Of a DNA stretch of 64,000 nt, positions 37,953 to 51,641 are shown one piece after another. The DNA is from an uncultured Gemmatimonadales bacterium (GTDB lineage Bacteria > Gemmatimonadota > Gemmatimonadetes > Gemmatimonadales > GWC2-71-9). The notes below the pieces were generated by a model. That model was given only the letters and a program-made list of their open reading frames with translations, did no database searches and was not told where the DNA came from. The stretch covers positions 64,001 through 128,000 of the forward strand of contig CAVSLV010000002.1 in the NCBI GenBank assembly GCA_963728915.1. Reading direction: 5' to 3'. Positions within the stretch are counted from its first letter, which is position 1; each line of letters begins with the position of its first letter. Position numbers and translations under genes: made by a program.

Positions 37953-40900
37953 TCGACGCCGTCGACTTTGTGCCCGATGCCGAGCAGCCGGAACCCCTCG
38001 AGCCGGAGGTGGACCCGGCCATCGGCATCCACCACATCGCTGTCGAAGCAAGGGACCTCGCCGGCCTGATCCACCAGGCGGGCGATGGCGAGAGACGCGG
38101 CCCCGGGTGATCGGGCGTACCAGGTGAGCCGTTTGAGGCCGGCCGGCAGACCAGGCCAGTTGAGCCGGAGCATGGCGAGCAACCCGGCAACCTGGAAAGC
38201 CGCTTCGCAAAGGAGCGGATCGGTTTGAAGCCGGCCGGACGACGGCGCCGCCAGCGCGTCCTGTTGGAGCGGGGCGAGCGCGCCGACGGCAGAGGACTCC
38301 ACCATCCGGAGCTCTCGGAGGACGCGGAAGAGCGGTCCGTGTGACAGGACCCCGATCGGACCATAGAGGGAATCGCGGCTCACCAGCGCGTCGCAGCCGG
38401 CCGGTGGAAGTGCAGCGACAGGCGGGAGAGGACGCGACTGGCCCAGGACCACGATCGCGGAGTAATGCTGTCGATCGGGGAGACGGATCCGCCCGTTGGG
38501 GCTCGTGAAATCCGAACCGATTCGCATGACCGCCCGCCGCTCGGCAGGATCGGTCGTCGGCAGCGCTTCCCCCGACACGTTGAGGGTCACCGGATGACCC
38601 GGGAAGAACTTGACCGCGAGCGAAATCTCGAGGTCCTCGAGTCCGGTCACGGTCCACCCGGGGAAGAGCCGGGCGGCGGCTTCCGCCATGAGCTCGATGC
38701 CCATGACGCCGGGCAGGAGTGCGTTGCCGTCGATGACGTGGTCGTTGAGCCAGGGATGTCGCGCGGGATCGATCTGCGCGCTCGCGGTGATCTCGATCCC
38801 GGGCCGGAGGCTCACGACCTCGAGGTACCCCGACTTCTCGGCGTGGCCGTTGCCGTTGGCGTCGAGCGCGGCCGGACTGGAGGGTTCCAGGGCGCCCAGC
38901 CGCCGGACGATGCAGACGGCGGGAGCGGTTCCGTGCCGAAGCTCGTCGATGAAGGCGCGCGCGCCATCACTGGGCGAGAGCGGCTCGAGGCCTGCTTCGG
39001 CGAGGAAATCGGTAGCGCCCGAGCGCGCGGCGAGACCTACGTCCGACCACGCGGTCCAATCGATCGCCACCGCACGGAGTCCCGGTGTGGTGCGGCGGAT
39101 CGCTCCGGTCATCCGACTCAGCAGATCGTTGGCGGCGGCATAGTCGGCCTGGCCGCGATTGCCGAAGCGGCCGGCCACCGAGGAAAACGCGACCAGAAGG
39201 GCCGGAGGACGCTCGCGCAATGCCTGCCACAGGTGGTAGTAGCCCAGCCCCTTCACGTCGAATACCCGGTCGAACGAAGCAGCGGGTTTGCTCTCGATCG
39301 GCTTGTCCTCGATGATGCCGGCGCCGAATACCACGACATCGAGCCGATCGAATCTCGAGTAGATCTCCCGGACCAGCGCTTCCACCTCTGATGCGTTGCG
39401 GACCTCGCAGGCCCGGTAGTCGGCTCTGCGCCCCGGCTTGCTCAATCGCATGCAGGGTCTGCCACGTCTCGGCGCCGGCCTCGAGCCGCTCGATCTCCCG
39501 TTCCACCTCGGCCGGCTTGAGATCGGGACGCTCCTCGCGACGACGGCGATGGTAGTCGCGGCGCCACTGCTGACGCTGCTCGGCGGTCAGGCCGGCGATC
39601 GCTTCTGCGTCCTTCGGGAGCGGCGAGCGACCCACCGTAAGGATGATGGAGCGATAGCGCGCGGCAAGCTCTTTCGCGATGGTAGCGCCCACACCTCGGC
39701 CGCCTCCGATCACCAGCACGACACTGTCCGGACCCAGCTCGGCCTCGGACGACCCGGATCGATCAACCGGAGATTCGATCAGCCGCACCACGAAGCGCTG
39801 ACCCTGCCGATAGCCGACCTCGAGGGCCTCGGTACCGCGGTCCATTTCGTCGAGGATCCTCTGAGCGGCTTCGTCGGGACGTTCCGCTACTTCGGCCGGC
39901 TGCCAGGTCGAGCACTTTGACGGCCGCATCGGGTATCTCACGCGCTACCGTCTTGAAGAAGCCGGCCACTCCTCCAGCGATTCCGGCTGCGACGATCCCC
40001 GCATCGGTCTCCGAAACTGCCGGCTGGAATCCGAATTGACCGCCGAGTCCGGTCACCGCGATGGCCGCTCCGTTCTTGCAGATCGCCATGCAATGCCTTG
40101 ACCAGGTGAAACGCGCTCTTCACCGAGCTTGCGAGCGCGGCGGAGTATTCTTCCGCTCCCGGATGTGGGAACCGCCGGCACACTGGAGCCCTGCCAGGTG
40201 GATCAGGGCATCGATCCCACCGAGCTCCTGTCTGACGGCGAGAACGGCGCTGTTCACCTCTTTCGGATCTTCGAGACGACACTGCCGAACCGAAATACCG
40301 TTGTTCGACACTCCCTTGGAGCCGAGGATGACGACCTGCGCTCCCCGCTCGGCCAGGAGGTGAGCGAGCGCAGGAGCGAGGCCGAGGCCGTCGTCGGTGA
40401 TCAACACCCGTGCGCCGGCGCGAAGCCGCGGCGTAGCATGATGACCGTTCAGCTCTTCGTGAGCGGCGATCGGGGTGAGCCGTCGATAGGGGGCCCGCTC
40501 TGGCGGGACCGCCGGCGCAGGAGCCGGTGCCGATGCGATCGCAGTCTCGGAACCGGTGGCCCCGGCGACCTGCGCCATTCCATACTCGATGATCTTGCGA
40601 AGGGTGGCGAGCTCCTGGATCCGCAGGTCAGGATCGACCGGCATCTTCAGCCGTTCGCGCAGGCTCACCAGGATCTGCGCCTGCTTGATGGTGTCGATGC
40701 CGAGATCAGCTTCGAGGTTGAGATCGAGCTCCAGCAGCTCGGGCTCGTATCCGGTCTTCTCGCTGACCACCGCGACGACGATCTCCTTGACCTGATCGAA
40801 ATCGCCGCTGGACGGAGGGGCCTGCGGTTGCGGAGCGGGCGGTGGAGCAGTCGCAGTCGCAGGCGCAGTCGCGGCCTCTGAGGTGGGAGCTTTCGGCTCC

Positions 40901-43900
40901 GCAGAGATCTTCCCTGCCGTCGCCTGGGTAATGAACCCGATAACGTGCTGCAGGGTCGGGTAGTCCTTGATCCGGAACTCCTCCTGTTGCGGGATGGCAA
41001 ATTGCTCCCGGAGCCGGACGATGATCTGGGCCTGCTTGATCGTATCGATGCCGAGATCGGCTTCGAGATCGAGGTCCAGCTCGAGCAGCTCACGCTCATA
41101 GCCGGTCTTCTCGCTCACCACCGCGAGCACCGCGTCGGTGATCGATCTCGGCGGCCGGAACAAGCGGTGCGGGAGGCGCCGGCGGTTCGGGTGCAGGCGC
41201 CAGCGGTGCGGGCGCTTACGATCGGTGCCGGAGCAGGGGGAGCCGGTGCCGGAGCTCTGACTCCGGGCACTCCGATGTCCTTGACACGGAGGGTGCGGTG
41301 ATCGACCTCGACCTCGGCATTCTGCTGACCCGACACGCTGGCGACCCAGCCGGCATATCGAGCCTGGTCCACGACCGTTGCGTTGGTCCGGGTCCCGCGC
41401 CGGGAGAGGGAGATCGCAACCTGGCCGCCGAAACCGGCGCTGAAGCGCAAGGCGTATTCGGCGTCGGTGCTTCCGCCCGGGCTGAGTCGCATTCCTTCGA
41501 GCGCCGGATCCGGCTCCCGGCAGTTGAGTACCGGCGGGATCTTGCGATGCTGGAGCGAGAGCAGCGCTACCACATCTTCGATGCCGGCGCCCTGGGCGTG
41601 GCCGGTCATCGCCTTGGTGTTGAGAATCGTGATCTCCCGCCAGGCATCACCGAAGGTGTGGCGGAGGGCCTGCATTTCGGTTTCGGCGATCCCACCGCGC
41701 GCCGGGGTGAACGTTTCGTGGGAGAGGTAGATCGTCTTCGGGGCGATCGCGCGCCGGTCGAGTCCGTGCTCGTGCTCGGCCTGCCGCATCATCGCGTCGA
41801 GCTCGTTCTGAATGAACGCGGTGTCGGGGCGTGTCAGGTGCCCGGCGCTGTTCGAGACCCGAGTCGCAAGAAGCTCCCCGATGCTCGCCACGCCGCGAGC
41901 CCGCACCGTCTGCTCGCGCTCCACGACCAGGCAGACCGCGCCCATGCCGACCAGCATCCCGTGGCGCCGGCGGTCGAACGGAATGGCGGCATCCACAACG
42001 CTCGCATCGGTGGCCGAGGCACCTGCGGCGAGGAATCCGGCGGCGACCCATTCCATCATCGGGCCGGAGGTCGCGTCGTCCGAGGCGAGAATGACGACCC
42101 GTGCCGCCTTGCCGCTTCGGAGCAGATCCTCTGCCAGCGACAGCGCCACGGTGGTGGAGCTGCATGCCGCATCCATCTTGAAGTTGGGGCCCTTGGCCCT
42201 GATCAGCCGGGCAAACAGCGCATTCGCGCCGCACACGATCCGGGAGGTGAAGTGGCTGTCGAATTCGTATGGTGCCGCAGGTTGATCGCCGTTCCACAGG
42301 CGATGCTGTTCGGCCGCGAACCAGCGATCCGCCTCCAGCCGCTCTTCGGGCGAGCTGCGCGGCGGCGAGCCGCTCCTGGTAGCGATACCGGAGACCATCC
42401 GCGGCAAGCAATCCGTACTTGTGCGCCCCGAAGCGCTCCATCTCGCCGGCGAGGGTGTTGTAGCCGCTGAACGCCGACGCGAAGATCACCGCGGTCTCAT
42501 CCTGGAGCGGCTCGGGCAGGCACCAACCGTCGGCGATGCGACCCTGGCGGGTGGTCTCGCGGTACTGCCGGACCAGGGGAATCCCGGCATCGCGCAATCC
42601 TTCGAGTCCCGCGGCGATCGCCAGCTGATTGGTGATCTCGGAGCGGAGGATCGCCTCGTCGGTGACTCCGAAGTCCCGGGCGAGGTCGAACGAGCCGCGC
42701 TGTCCCGCCAGCTTGATGCTGCCGCTCCGGTCCACCACCGGCTCGAACCTGGGCGGGCCGTCGCCATCCTTGACCAGGCGGGTGACGCGCTGGGCGACGA
42801 TCTTGTCCTGATCGCTCTCGCTCAAGAGGTCGATGAGCGTCTCACCGGCGAAGATGCGGCCGATGCCGCTCGTCGTCGAATACCGGATACCTGCGCCCGG
42901 GAAGTCCGAGGCTGACCCCGGAGATCACAATTGCGTCGTCACCCACGGGCGAGGACGCTGAAGACGGCGAAGTCGAGGGCCTCGAGGAGGGTGAGGAGGC
43001 AGAGGATGGTGAGAGCCGCGAGGACGGTGAGGGCATTGCGGACGACTCCGACCTCACGCTGAAGCCGCGCGCCATGAGCCCGCCAAGCAGCCGATGGAAT
43101 TGCTGCAGCTCGCCGGGTTTGGGGTGAACACTGTGGAGCGCCGCGTGCGGACGGTCGGCCAGAATGTCGCTCACGAAGCTGGTGAGGGCCCGCTTGGGCC
43201 CGACTTCCACAAAGGTCCGCACCCCATCCGCGTAGAGTCGCTCGACCATGGACACGAAGTCCACCTGATGATCGAGCTGATCCAGCAGCGCCTCGCGCAC
43301 CGCCGCCGCGCCGGCCGAGGGCTCGTAGTAGCCGCCGGTGACGCTGGAGAGAATCGGGAGCGTGGCGGACTCCACCGAAAGATCCTGGAGCGCGCGTTCC
43401 ATGTCGGGCCGGAGCGCGGCGGCCAGTCGGGAATGGAATGCTCCCGCGATCGGGAGCATTCGTCCCTCGACCCCGCGCTGGGCAAACAGCATGACCGCCC
43501 GAGCCACCGCCTCGCTCTCACCCGCAATGATCGTCTGGGTCGCGCAGTTCCGATTGGCGATCGCTACATAACCGAAGATCCCGGGCAGGACTGCTTCGAC
43601 TGCCGGTGCGTCGGTGCTGAGCATGGCCATGGCACCGGGATCGCCCGATTGAGACAAGCGGTCCATGGCCTGCCCTCGCGCATGCACCAGCCGGATGCCT
43701 TCCGCGAGACTGATGGTTCCGGCCGCAACCAGCGCAGCGTACTCGCCGAGGCTGTGCCCGGCCACCAGATCGGGCTCGAGCCCCAGGCTCTGGAGCAACC
43801 GGCCGATGGCCACGTTGGCGACCAGGAGCACCGGCTGCACCAGGTCGCTCTTCATGAGCCGCTCGTCGACCGCGGCGGCATCCTCGGTCCCGTTCCGGAA

Positions 43901-46900
43901 CGCGATCTGCTCGAAGCGGAGCCCGACCAGGGGCGCCAACGTGGCGTTCGCTTCGTCGATGGTCTTCTGCACCGCGGGGAACTCGCGGGAGAGCTCGCGC
44001 AACAGATCGGCGTACTGGGAGCCCTGGCCCGGGAAGAGAAACAGCGACCTTTCCGCTGGGAGCCGGGCCGCTTTCGGCGACCGAGATTCCCCGCGGCTCG
44101 AGCGATTCAAGCGGCCGGCCGGAGGCCTTCGTGCTGCGAGCCAGCGCGAGTCGCGAGCCGAGCTCCTCCCGAGAGGCTACTCCGAACACCATCCGGGCGC
44201 GGCGTTGGATTCCGGTCCGCGTGGCTTCCCGCACCGCGGCGCGAAACGAGCCACCGGCGACGGTCGCGAGCTCGTCACCAGCGGAGAGCGCCTCCTCGAA
44301 GGTTTCCCCGCCCAGGACGAGCAGCATCTCGGACTGGGGCTCGACCCCCTCCAGGAGGCGGCGATGATACACCGGATCGAAGGCCTCGAGGGCGACGTGA
44401 CAGTTGGTTCCGCCGAACCCGAATGCATTCACTCCCGCCCGGCGCGGCCGCTCGGTGCCGACCGGCGGCCACGCGGCCGCCGAGGAGATCAGGGTGATAT
44501 CGTCGGAGCCGGCCAGCGAGGCGTGCGGCGTGCCCACCCCGGCGGTCGGGGGGAGGACACCGTGCTCCAGGGCGAGGATGGCGCGGAGGAGCCCGGCGGC
44601 TCCGGCTCCGCCCCCCAGATGTCCGACCTGCGATTTCACGGCGCTGATCGCAAGCGGTCGATCCCGGTGGGTTCCGAACACCGCGCGAATGGCCGTGAGC
44701 TCCGCCGCGTCGCCGACCGTGGTACCGGTAGCGTGGCATTCCACGAAGTCCACCGATTCGGGCCCATAACCCGCGGACGCATAACTCCGCTCCAGCGCGA
44801 GTCGCTGGCCCGAGGGATCCGGCGCGGCCATGGCCCGGGTGCCGCCGTCGCACGACATGCCGATCCCTCGAATCACCGCGCGGACCTTGTCGCCGTCGGT
44901 GAGCGCATCGGCCAGCCGCTTGAGCACGAACATGGCCCCGCCTTCGCCCTGCACGATGCCGTCGGCCTGGTCGCTCAAGGGCCTGCTTCCCACCGCCGAG
45001 AGGGCGGAGGCCTTCGCGAACGCGACGCAGCTCATCGGCGTCACCTCGGAAGAGGTGCCGCCGCACACCGCCAGATCGTATCGCCGGGACCGAAGTCCCT
45101 CCACCGCCACCCCCACCGCGACCAGCACCGACGCGCAGGCGGCATCCACCACCATGTGCGGTCCCATGAGATCGGCGGCCTTGGCGAATCGCGCCGCTCC
45201 AATCTGCGGGGTGCCTTCCAGGATGGAGTCTTCGCTGATTTCCGGGTTGGACCCCCGGACCCCATCGCGGATCTGCTGGGCCACCGCGGCGCGATCCGCC
45301 GGATCAATCCCGGCCGCTTCGAGCGCTCCCGAGCTGGTCAGGGCTGCTTCGGCACGACGGGAGAGCATCCGCAGCCCGGACTTCCACAGGGTGTGCTGAC
45401 ACCCGCCGCTGTCTCCGACCACCACCGCGGTGCGCTGCCGATCGAACGGCCGGTCATCGCATCCCGCATCGATCATCGCCTGGCGAGCCAGGGTCAGGGT
45501 CAGGCGGTGTTGGGGATCGAGCCGGGCGCTCATGATCGGGGGGAGCCGGAAGGGCCGCGGGTCGAACCCGTCTTCCTCGAGAAAAGCCCCTAACCCGCCG
45601 TACGACTTGTCCACCGCAGCGCGATCGGGATCCACGAACAGGTCGGACCTGCCGCTGAAACGGGTCGTCGGGACCGCCCGAACCGCGGAGCGATTCTCCA
45701 GGGTGGCTTTCCAGAACTGCTCCGCGTCGCCACCCGGCGCGATCGTCCCGGCCAGGCCGATCACCGCGATCGGTTCCGCCGCGGCGGGATCGGCGACAGG
45801 TTCTTCCCTGAGGCTGCCGACGGTGTGATAGGCCGGCTGGTATTCCTCGAGACAGAGGTGGAAATTGACTCCCCCGAATCCGAACGACGATACCGCGGCG
45901 CGGCGCGGCAACTCGTCTCGATTCTCGGGCCAGGGCGCCGGTACCGTCACCACATCAAACGGCAATCTGGACCAGTCGGCCCTGGGAGTGCGCACCGTGT
46001 GGTTGATGGTCGGGGGGAGGGTTTTGTGCTCCATCCCGAGGACCACCTTGATCACTCCCGCGATACCGGCGGCGCCGAAGAGATGGCCGATCTGGGACTT
46101 CACCGCGCTCAGGGAAATCCGCTGGCCCTTGCCAAGCGCGGTCCCGTACGCCTGCGCCATCGCTTCCAGCTCGGCGGGATCGCCCACCGGGGTTCCCGCG
46201 CCATGCGTCTCGATCAGCTGGACCGTGTCGGGGGCGTATCCTGCCATCGTCAACGCCCGCCGCATCGCCAGGGTCTGCGCTTTGGGATTGGGGGCGCCGA
46301 TTCCCTGTTCGCGACCGTCGCTCGAGCCGCCGATTCCTCGAATGACCGCGCGGATGCGATCGCCGTCCCGAAGAGCCCGATCCAGCCGCTTGAGCACCAG
46401 GACGCCGGCGCCTTCGCCGGGCACAAAGCCGTCGGCCTCGGCATCGAAGGGGCGAACCCCCCTGGTCGAAAGCCCCCGGAACTTGCTGAATCCCACCATC
46501 GCCAGGGACCAGGGAACCATCTGGGAGGCACCGGTCAGCGCGAGATCGAAATCGCCGGCGAGGAGGCCCGCCACCGCGGACTCGATCGCGGCCAGGGACG
46601 CCGCGCAGGCGGAGTCCACCACATAACACGGCCCCCGCATCCCGAAATACCCGGCGACCCGGGCGGGGCCGACATTGGCCAGCAATCCGGTGAGGGTGTC
46701 CTCGGACGCGGGATCGGTCCGGCGCAGCAGCCAGGTGCGAGTCCGCTCGACCGCCTCCTCGATGCGGTCCGGCGCCACTCCCCGCGCGGCCAGGACGCTG
46801 CGCACTTCCGCATCCACCAGGTGCTGCTGCACCCGCCGGCCGAGCTCGAAGAATTTTTCGGTGTGATTTCCCGCGTGACCCATGATGACCGCGGCGCGGT

Positions 46901-47270
46901 CCTTGTCGAAGGGCCGGTCCAGGTATCCCGCGTCGCGCATGGCCTCGATCGAGGCGACCAGCGCCATCTGGTGGGTCCGATCCATGGCGCGGGCCGTCAG
47001 CGGCGGGATCCGGAAGGCTTTCGCGTCGAACCCGGTGTCCTCGACGATCCCACCCACCCTGGCGTAACTGGCGTCTACCGCGTCGGGATCGGGGTCATAC
47101 AAGGCCGCCGAGTCGAACCACGCCTCGGGCAGCTCCTGAATCGCGTTGTGTCCGGTGAGGATGTTGTGCCAGAAGACATCGAGGTTGGGCGCGCCGGGGA
47201 ACACCCCGCCCGCTCCAATGATCGCCACCAACCGGTGTGCAGAAGGAGTCCCCGGATCACCTGGGATCAT
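37949..47270 (-). CDS. Iterative type I PKS/FAS (Pfa/Hgl-like): KS-KS-AT-KS-ACP-ACP-KR-DH, reconstructed across at least 7 frameshifts
   Basis: KS motifs DSACAAS, DAACAS, DAACSS, each with two downstream His motifs; AT FPGQGSQ/GHSLG/AFHS; two ACPs DLEADLGIDTIKQ and NLEADLGIDTIKQ; KR GGGRGVG and GQADYAAAN; DH HPWLNDHVIDGNALLPG. It could be more than one gene. Confidence 0.85.
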
Positions 47271-48564
47271 GACCCGCCACCCGGTCGAGGGCGCCGTGCG
47301 CCAGCCGGATATTGAAACGCGCCTGGAGGAGATCCGCTTCGGCCTGGAGCCGGGCTGCTTCCGCCAGAAGCGCCACGCCGGAGAGCGCCATCCCGGTGGC
47401 CACCTGGTCGGTGGCGATCTTCGCGGCCGCGGTTCGCGCCACCAGCGCTTCGGCCGCGACGCTCGCCCCTTCCTTCGCCCTCAACAAGGCTCGATACGCC
47501 TTGGTCGTTTCGGTCTCGATCCGACGACGGGTTCGTTCGAGGTCCAGCCGCGCTTGTTCCTGCTGAGCCCGCCGTTCGGCCATCGCATAGTCGCGCTGCC
47601 GGAAATCCCAGATCGTCCACTCGGCTTTGACTCCTACACTGAAATGGCTGGCGGGAAGGAACGGTACTGCGTGCTGTAACAGATGCTGCGCAAACACTCC
47701 TACCTGCGGCAGATAGTCAGCCCGCGCTGCGGAAATTCCCTGACTCGCACGCATCACCTGCTGGGTTGCCGCGACCACCTCGGGATTCGAGGCGAGCGCG
47801 CCCGTCACATACTCCTCCAGGCGGGCCGGTGAACGATGAATCCTCCGCCGGCTCGACCAGCTCGAACGTCGTTTGCGGCGGAATCCCCAGCAGATCCGCC
47901 AACTCCAAACTGAGGTCTTCGATCCGATACCCCAGCTCGCGCAAGCGTCGCCGTGATTCATGGAGCCGGGCTATCGGCCTGATCGGCGGCGACCGCGAGG
48001 GCCAACCCGACTTCGGTACTTGCCCTGGCATCGCGCGCAAGCGCTGAATCCGCTGCGACTTGCGCCGCCGCCGCCCGTTGCTGGGCTTCGGCGACGAGCA
48101 GATTAGAGTAGCCCCGCTCCACCCCGAGCGATAGGTCTCCTTCCGCCCCCCGGAGTTGGGCCTCGGCAGACCGCTCTTCCGCCACCGCCGCGAGGTGTCC
48201 GGCCCTCACCTTGAAGAGCTGGGTCACCGGCTGTTCAACCCGAATGGTCTGAAGGAAAAGGCTGTTCCCACCCTGTGGCAGGAGCACTGGTTTCGCCGGT
48301 ATCAGCTCGCCGGTGCTGATGACTCCGAATGCCCCCGGAGGAATCGCCAGGGTCTGCCGGGATCCGACCTGGGAGAAGGTCGCGTCGACCGCGAGCCGGG
48401 GGAAATACGCGGTCCATCGCTGCTGCCGGCGGCTCTGCGCTTCGATGAGCCGTTGACGCACGATCCCGAGTCCGGGATTGGCCTGATACGCGAGCGCCCG
48501 GGCCGAATCGAGCGTCAGCGTCATCGGGACTCTGGGTCTGCAAGAGCAGGAGAAGCACCCTCAT
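47257..48564 (-). CDS. TolC-family outer membrane efflux protein (frameshifted)
   Basis: LTLDSARALAYQANP, EQPVTQLFK, ARADYLPQVG, WTIWDF fragments spread over 2-3 frames. Confidence 0.8.
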
Positions 48565-51500
48565 GCCGGCCCCGCTTCTCTGCGTCGATTCACGACGACC
48601 AGGAGCACCGGCACCACGAACAGGGTGAGCACCATCGAGGAGATGAGGCCCACGGCGAGCACGCTCGCCAGCGGGGACCACATGCCCGAGCCGGACAGAA
48701 TCATGGGGAGCACGCCCACGGCGGCGGCCATGGTGGTGAGAAAGATCGGACGGAGCCGCCGGCGGCCCGCTTCGAGCGCCGCCTGCTCGATCGCCATGCC
48801 GGCGCGCCGCTCGTGATTGAAGAAATCGATCAGGATGATGGCGTTGCGCACCACGATCCCGCTCAGGGCGATGACCCCGACGAACGCGGTGAATCCGAAT
48901 GGGTTGCCGGTCAGGATCAATCCGAGCAATGCGCCGAACAGGGAGAGCGGAATAGCGGACATGACCATCAGCGTGTCGCTCAGCACCTTGAACAGGAGCA
49001 GCAGAATCAGGAAAATGGCGAGGAGGCTTATCCCCAGCGCCACCATCATCTCGTGGAACGTTTCGGTCCGGCTCTCGATCTCGCCACCCAGCTCGAGTCG
49101 GTACCCGGCCGGAAGGGTGAGGGTATCGAGGACCGGGCCGGCGCGCGCCAGCACATCGGCGGGGAGGACCGCAGGCGTGACCTGGCTTCTCACGGTGAGG
49201 GTCGGGGTCCCGTTGCGATGGACGATGCGGGAGGTCTGCCAGGTCGGTTCGAGCGACGCCACTTCCCGGAGCGGAATCCGCGCGCCGGTCACGTCGGAAG
49301 TGATGTAGGCCCCGGTCACGTGGTCGAGGCTCTCGCGCCGGGACTCGTCGAGCCGGAGCACGATCGGCACCGAGCGATCGCCTTCCCAATAGGTGGAAAC
49401 CGGAACGCCGAGAAAGCTCGCCGCCAGGGTATGCGCCACTTTTGCGGTGCTGATGCCGAGCTGGTTGGCGACCTGCGGCTTCACGGTCACCGTGAGCCGA
49501 TAACTGTCTTCGCCGAAATCGGAGCGCACCAGGGTTGCTCCCGGGGTGGCCCGGAACACCGCCGCGAGCCGCTCGCCGATCGACTTGAGCACCTCGAGGT
49601 CCGGACCGATCACCCTCACCTCGATCGGCGCCTTCATCGCGGGGCCCTGCTGGAGGAATCGCACGTGCACGGTGGCTTCCGGCGCGAGTCCGGGCAGCCC
49701 GGCCCGCAGCCGGGCCGCCGCCATCGAGGGCGGTTCCCGGACTCGTCGTCGCGATCAACAGCTGAGCAAAGTTGGTGGCGTCGAATTCCGGTTCGAAGTT
49801 GTAGTAGAAGCGGGGTGCTCCCACCCCCACGAAGGAAGCCACGCTGACGATCGCGGGATCTGCGCGCGCTGCGGTTTCCAGCCGTCGAACCACCTGGTCG
49901 GTCGCACCGAGCCGGGCGCCTTCGGGGAGCCAGATGTCAACCACGAACTGGGCTCGCTCCGACGGCGGAAAGAAACGTTGTTTCACCACGAGGTAGAGGA
50001 GCCCGCCCACCACGACCGCGATCCCGCCAGCCACCAGGGTCTGGCTGCGATAGGACAGGGCCCGGGTGATGAATCGATCGTACCACTTCTGGATCAGGTC
50101 GAGCGGGCTCCCGAACCGGCGTCGCTTCGGGGTCGTGGTTTCGCCTTGCGGCTTGAGTCCCTTCTTGATGAACAGGCGGCAGAGCGCCGGGGTGAGCAGC
50201 ATCGCGACCGCGAAGGACGAGGCCAGCGCCACGCTCACCGTGATCGGCAGGGCGCCGATGAATTCGCCGGTGGTTCCGCTCAGGAACACGAGGGGGAAGA
50301 ACGATGCGATGATGGTCGCGGTCGCGGCGAGCACCGGCACCACCAGATCGGAGGCCGAACGCGGAGCGGCTTCCGCCGGGGAGAGCCCGTGATCGAGCAG
50401 CTCCACATAGTTGTCGGCCACCACGATCGCGTCGTCCACCACGATGCCGAGCGATACGATCAGGCCCGCGAGCGAGACCTGGTGCAGCTCGATCCCCAGG
50501 GCCCGCATCGCGCCGAAGGTCACCGCCACGGTCACCGGAATCGCGACGGCGGCGATCGTCGCCACCGGCAGCGGGAGCAGCAGCATCGTGACCAGGATGA
50601 CCGCGACGATCGCGATCACGAATTCCCGCATGAAGTGATCGATCCGTTCTTCCACCACGGCCGGCTGATCGGCGATCAGCACCTGGGTCACCCCCGGGGG
50701 GAACCGCTCGGCCACCATGGCAAGGCGTTCGTTCACCTCGTGGCCGAACTCGACCACGTTATTGCCTTCCTGCATTTCCACCGCGAGGAGGACGGCTTCC
50801 TGGCCATTCACCCGGATCAGCGAAGTTGGGATCCCGATCCCCCCGCTCCACGTCTGGCGAAGTCGCCGATCCGGATAGCCTGACCGGCGGGTGAAACTCC
50901 CACGATCTGATTCCGGATCGCCTCCTCGTTCAGGAAGAGGCCCTCGGCGTGCATGGGGATCTTGTTGGCATCGGTCTCGAACCCGCCGGCCTCTTCCACC
51001 ACGTTGTTGGCCTGGAGCGCCTGGACCATTCGCGCGGGCACGACGCCGTACTGGGACAGCCGCTCCAGCGTGCTGGTGACGGCGATCTGCTCGCCCTGCT
51101 CTCCCAGCCGGCGAAGCTTCGACACCGCCGGGATGGTGCGGAGGTTCTTTTCGAGCTCGCGCACCTGGTCGCTCAGCTGGCGACTGTCGAGCCCGCCCCC
51201 GAAGACCGCGATCAGCATCGCGACGGTGTCGCCGAAATCGGAGTTCACGATCGGTCCCCGGACCCCGTCGGGAAGAGCGGTGGCCCGAAGCAGATTGAGA
51301 TCGTGGCGAAGGGTGGACCAGAACACTTCCGGCTGTTTGACCCAGTCCTCGATCGCGACGTTGATGATCACCAGGCCGTTCCGGGTGGTCGAGTAGGTCT
51401 TCTCCTTCCGGACCTCGGCGAAACGGAAGAGCCGCTCCTCCAGCCGGCGGGTGAGCTGTTCCTCCACCTGTTCGGGCGTGGCACCCGGATAGGCGGCGAT

Positions 51501-51641
51501 CACCAGCGCCATGCGGATCGTGATCTTGGGGTCTTCCCGCCGCGGCATGCGCAGGAGGGATTGGATCCCGAAGGCCACCACCAGCACCATGATGAGGAAG
51601 CTGACCTGGCGATGCCTGATCGCCCCCTGGATCAGGCTCAC
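48561..51641 (-). CDS. RND efflux permease (AcrB/AcrD/AcrF family), frameshifts near 50830 and 49740
   Basis: MPRREDP, YPGATPEQVE, LGIVVDDAIVV, GIVVRNAIILID, RRLRPIFLTT. Confidence 0.9.

Noticed and set aside
40575..41140. Direct DNA repeat as a mobile-element or assembly duplication
   Set aside because: The similarity matches the two tandem ACP domains, which diverge at synonymous sites.
37949..47270. Programmed ribosomal frameshifting in the PKS
   Set aside because: Too many shifts, no consistent slippery sites seen, and unrelated neighbouring genes show the same breaks.
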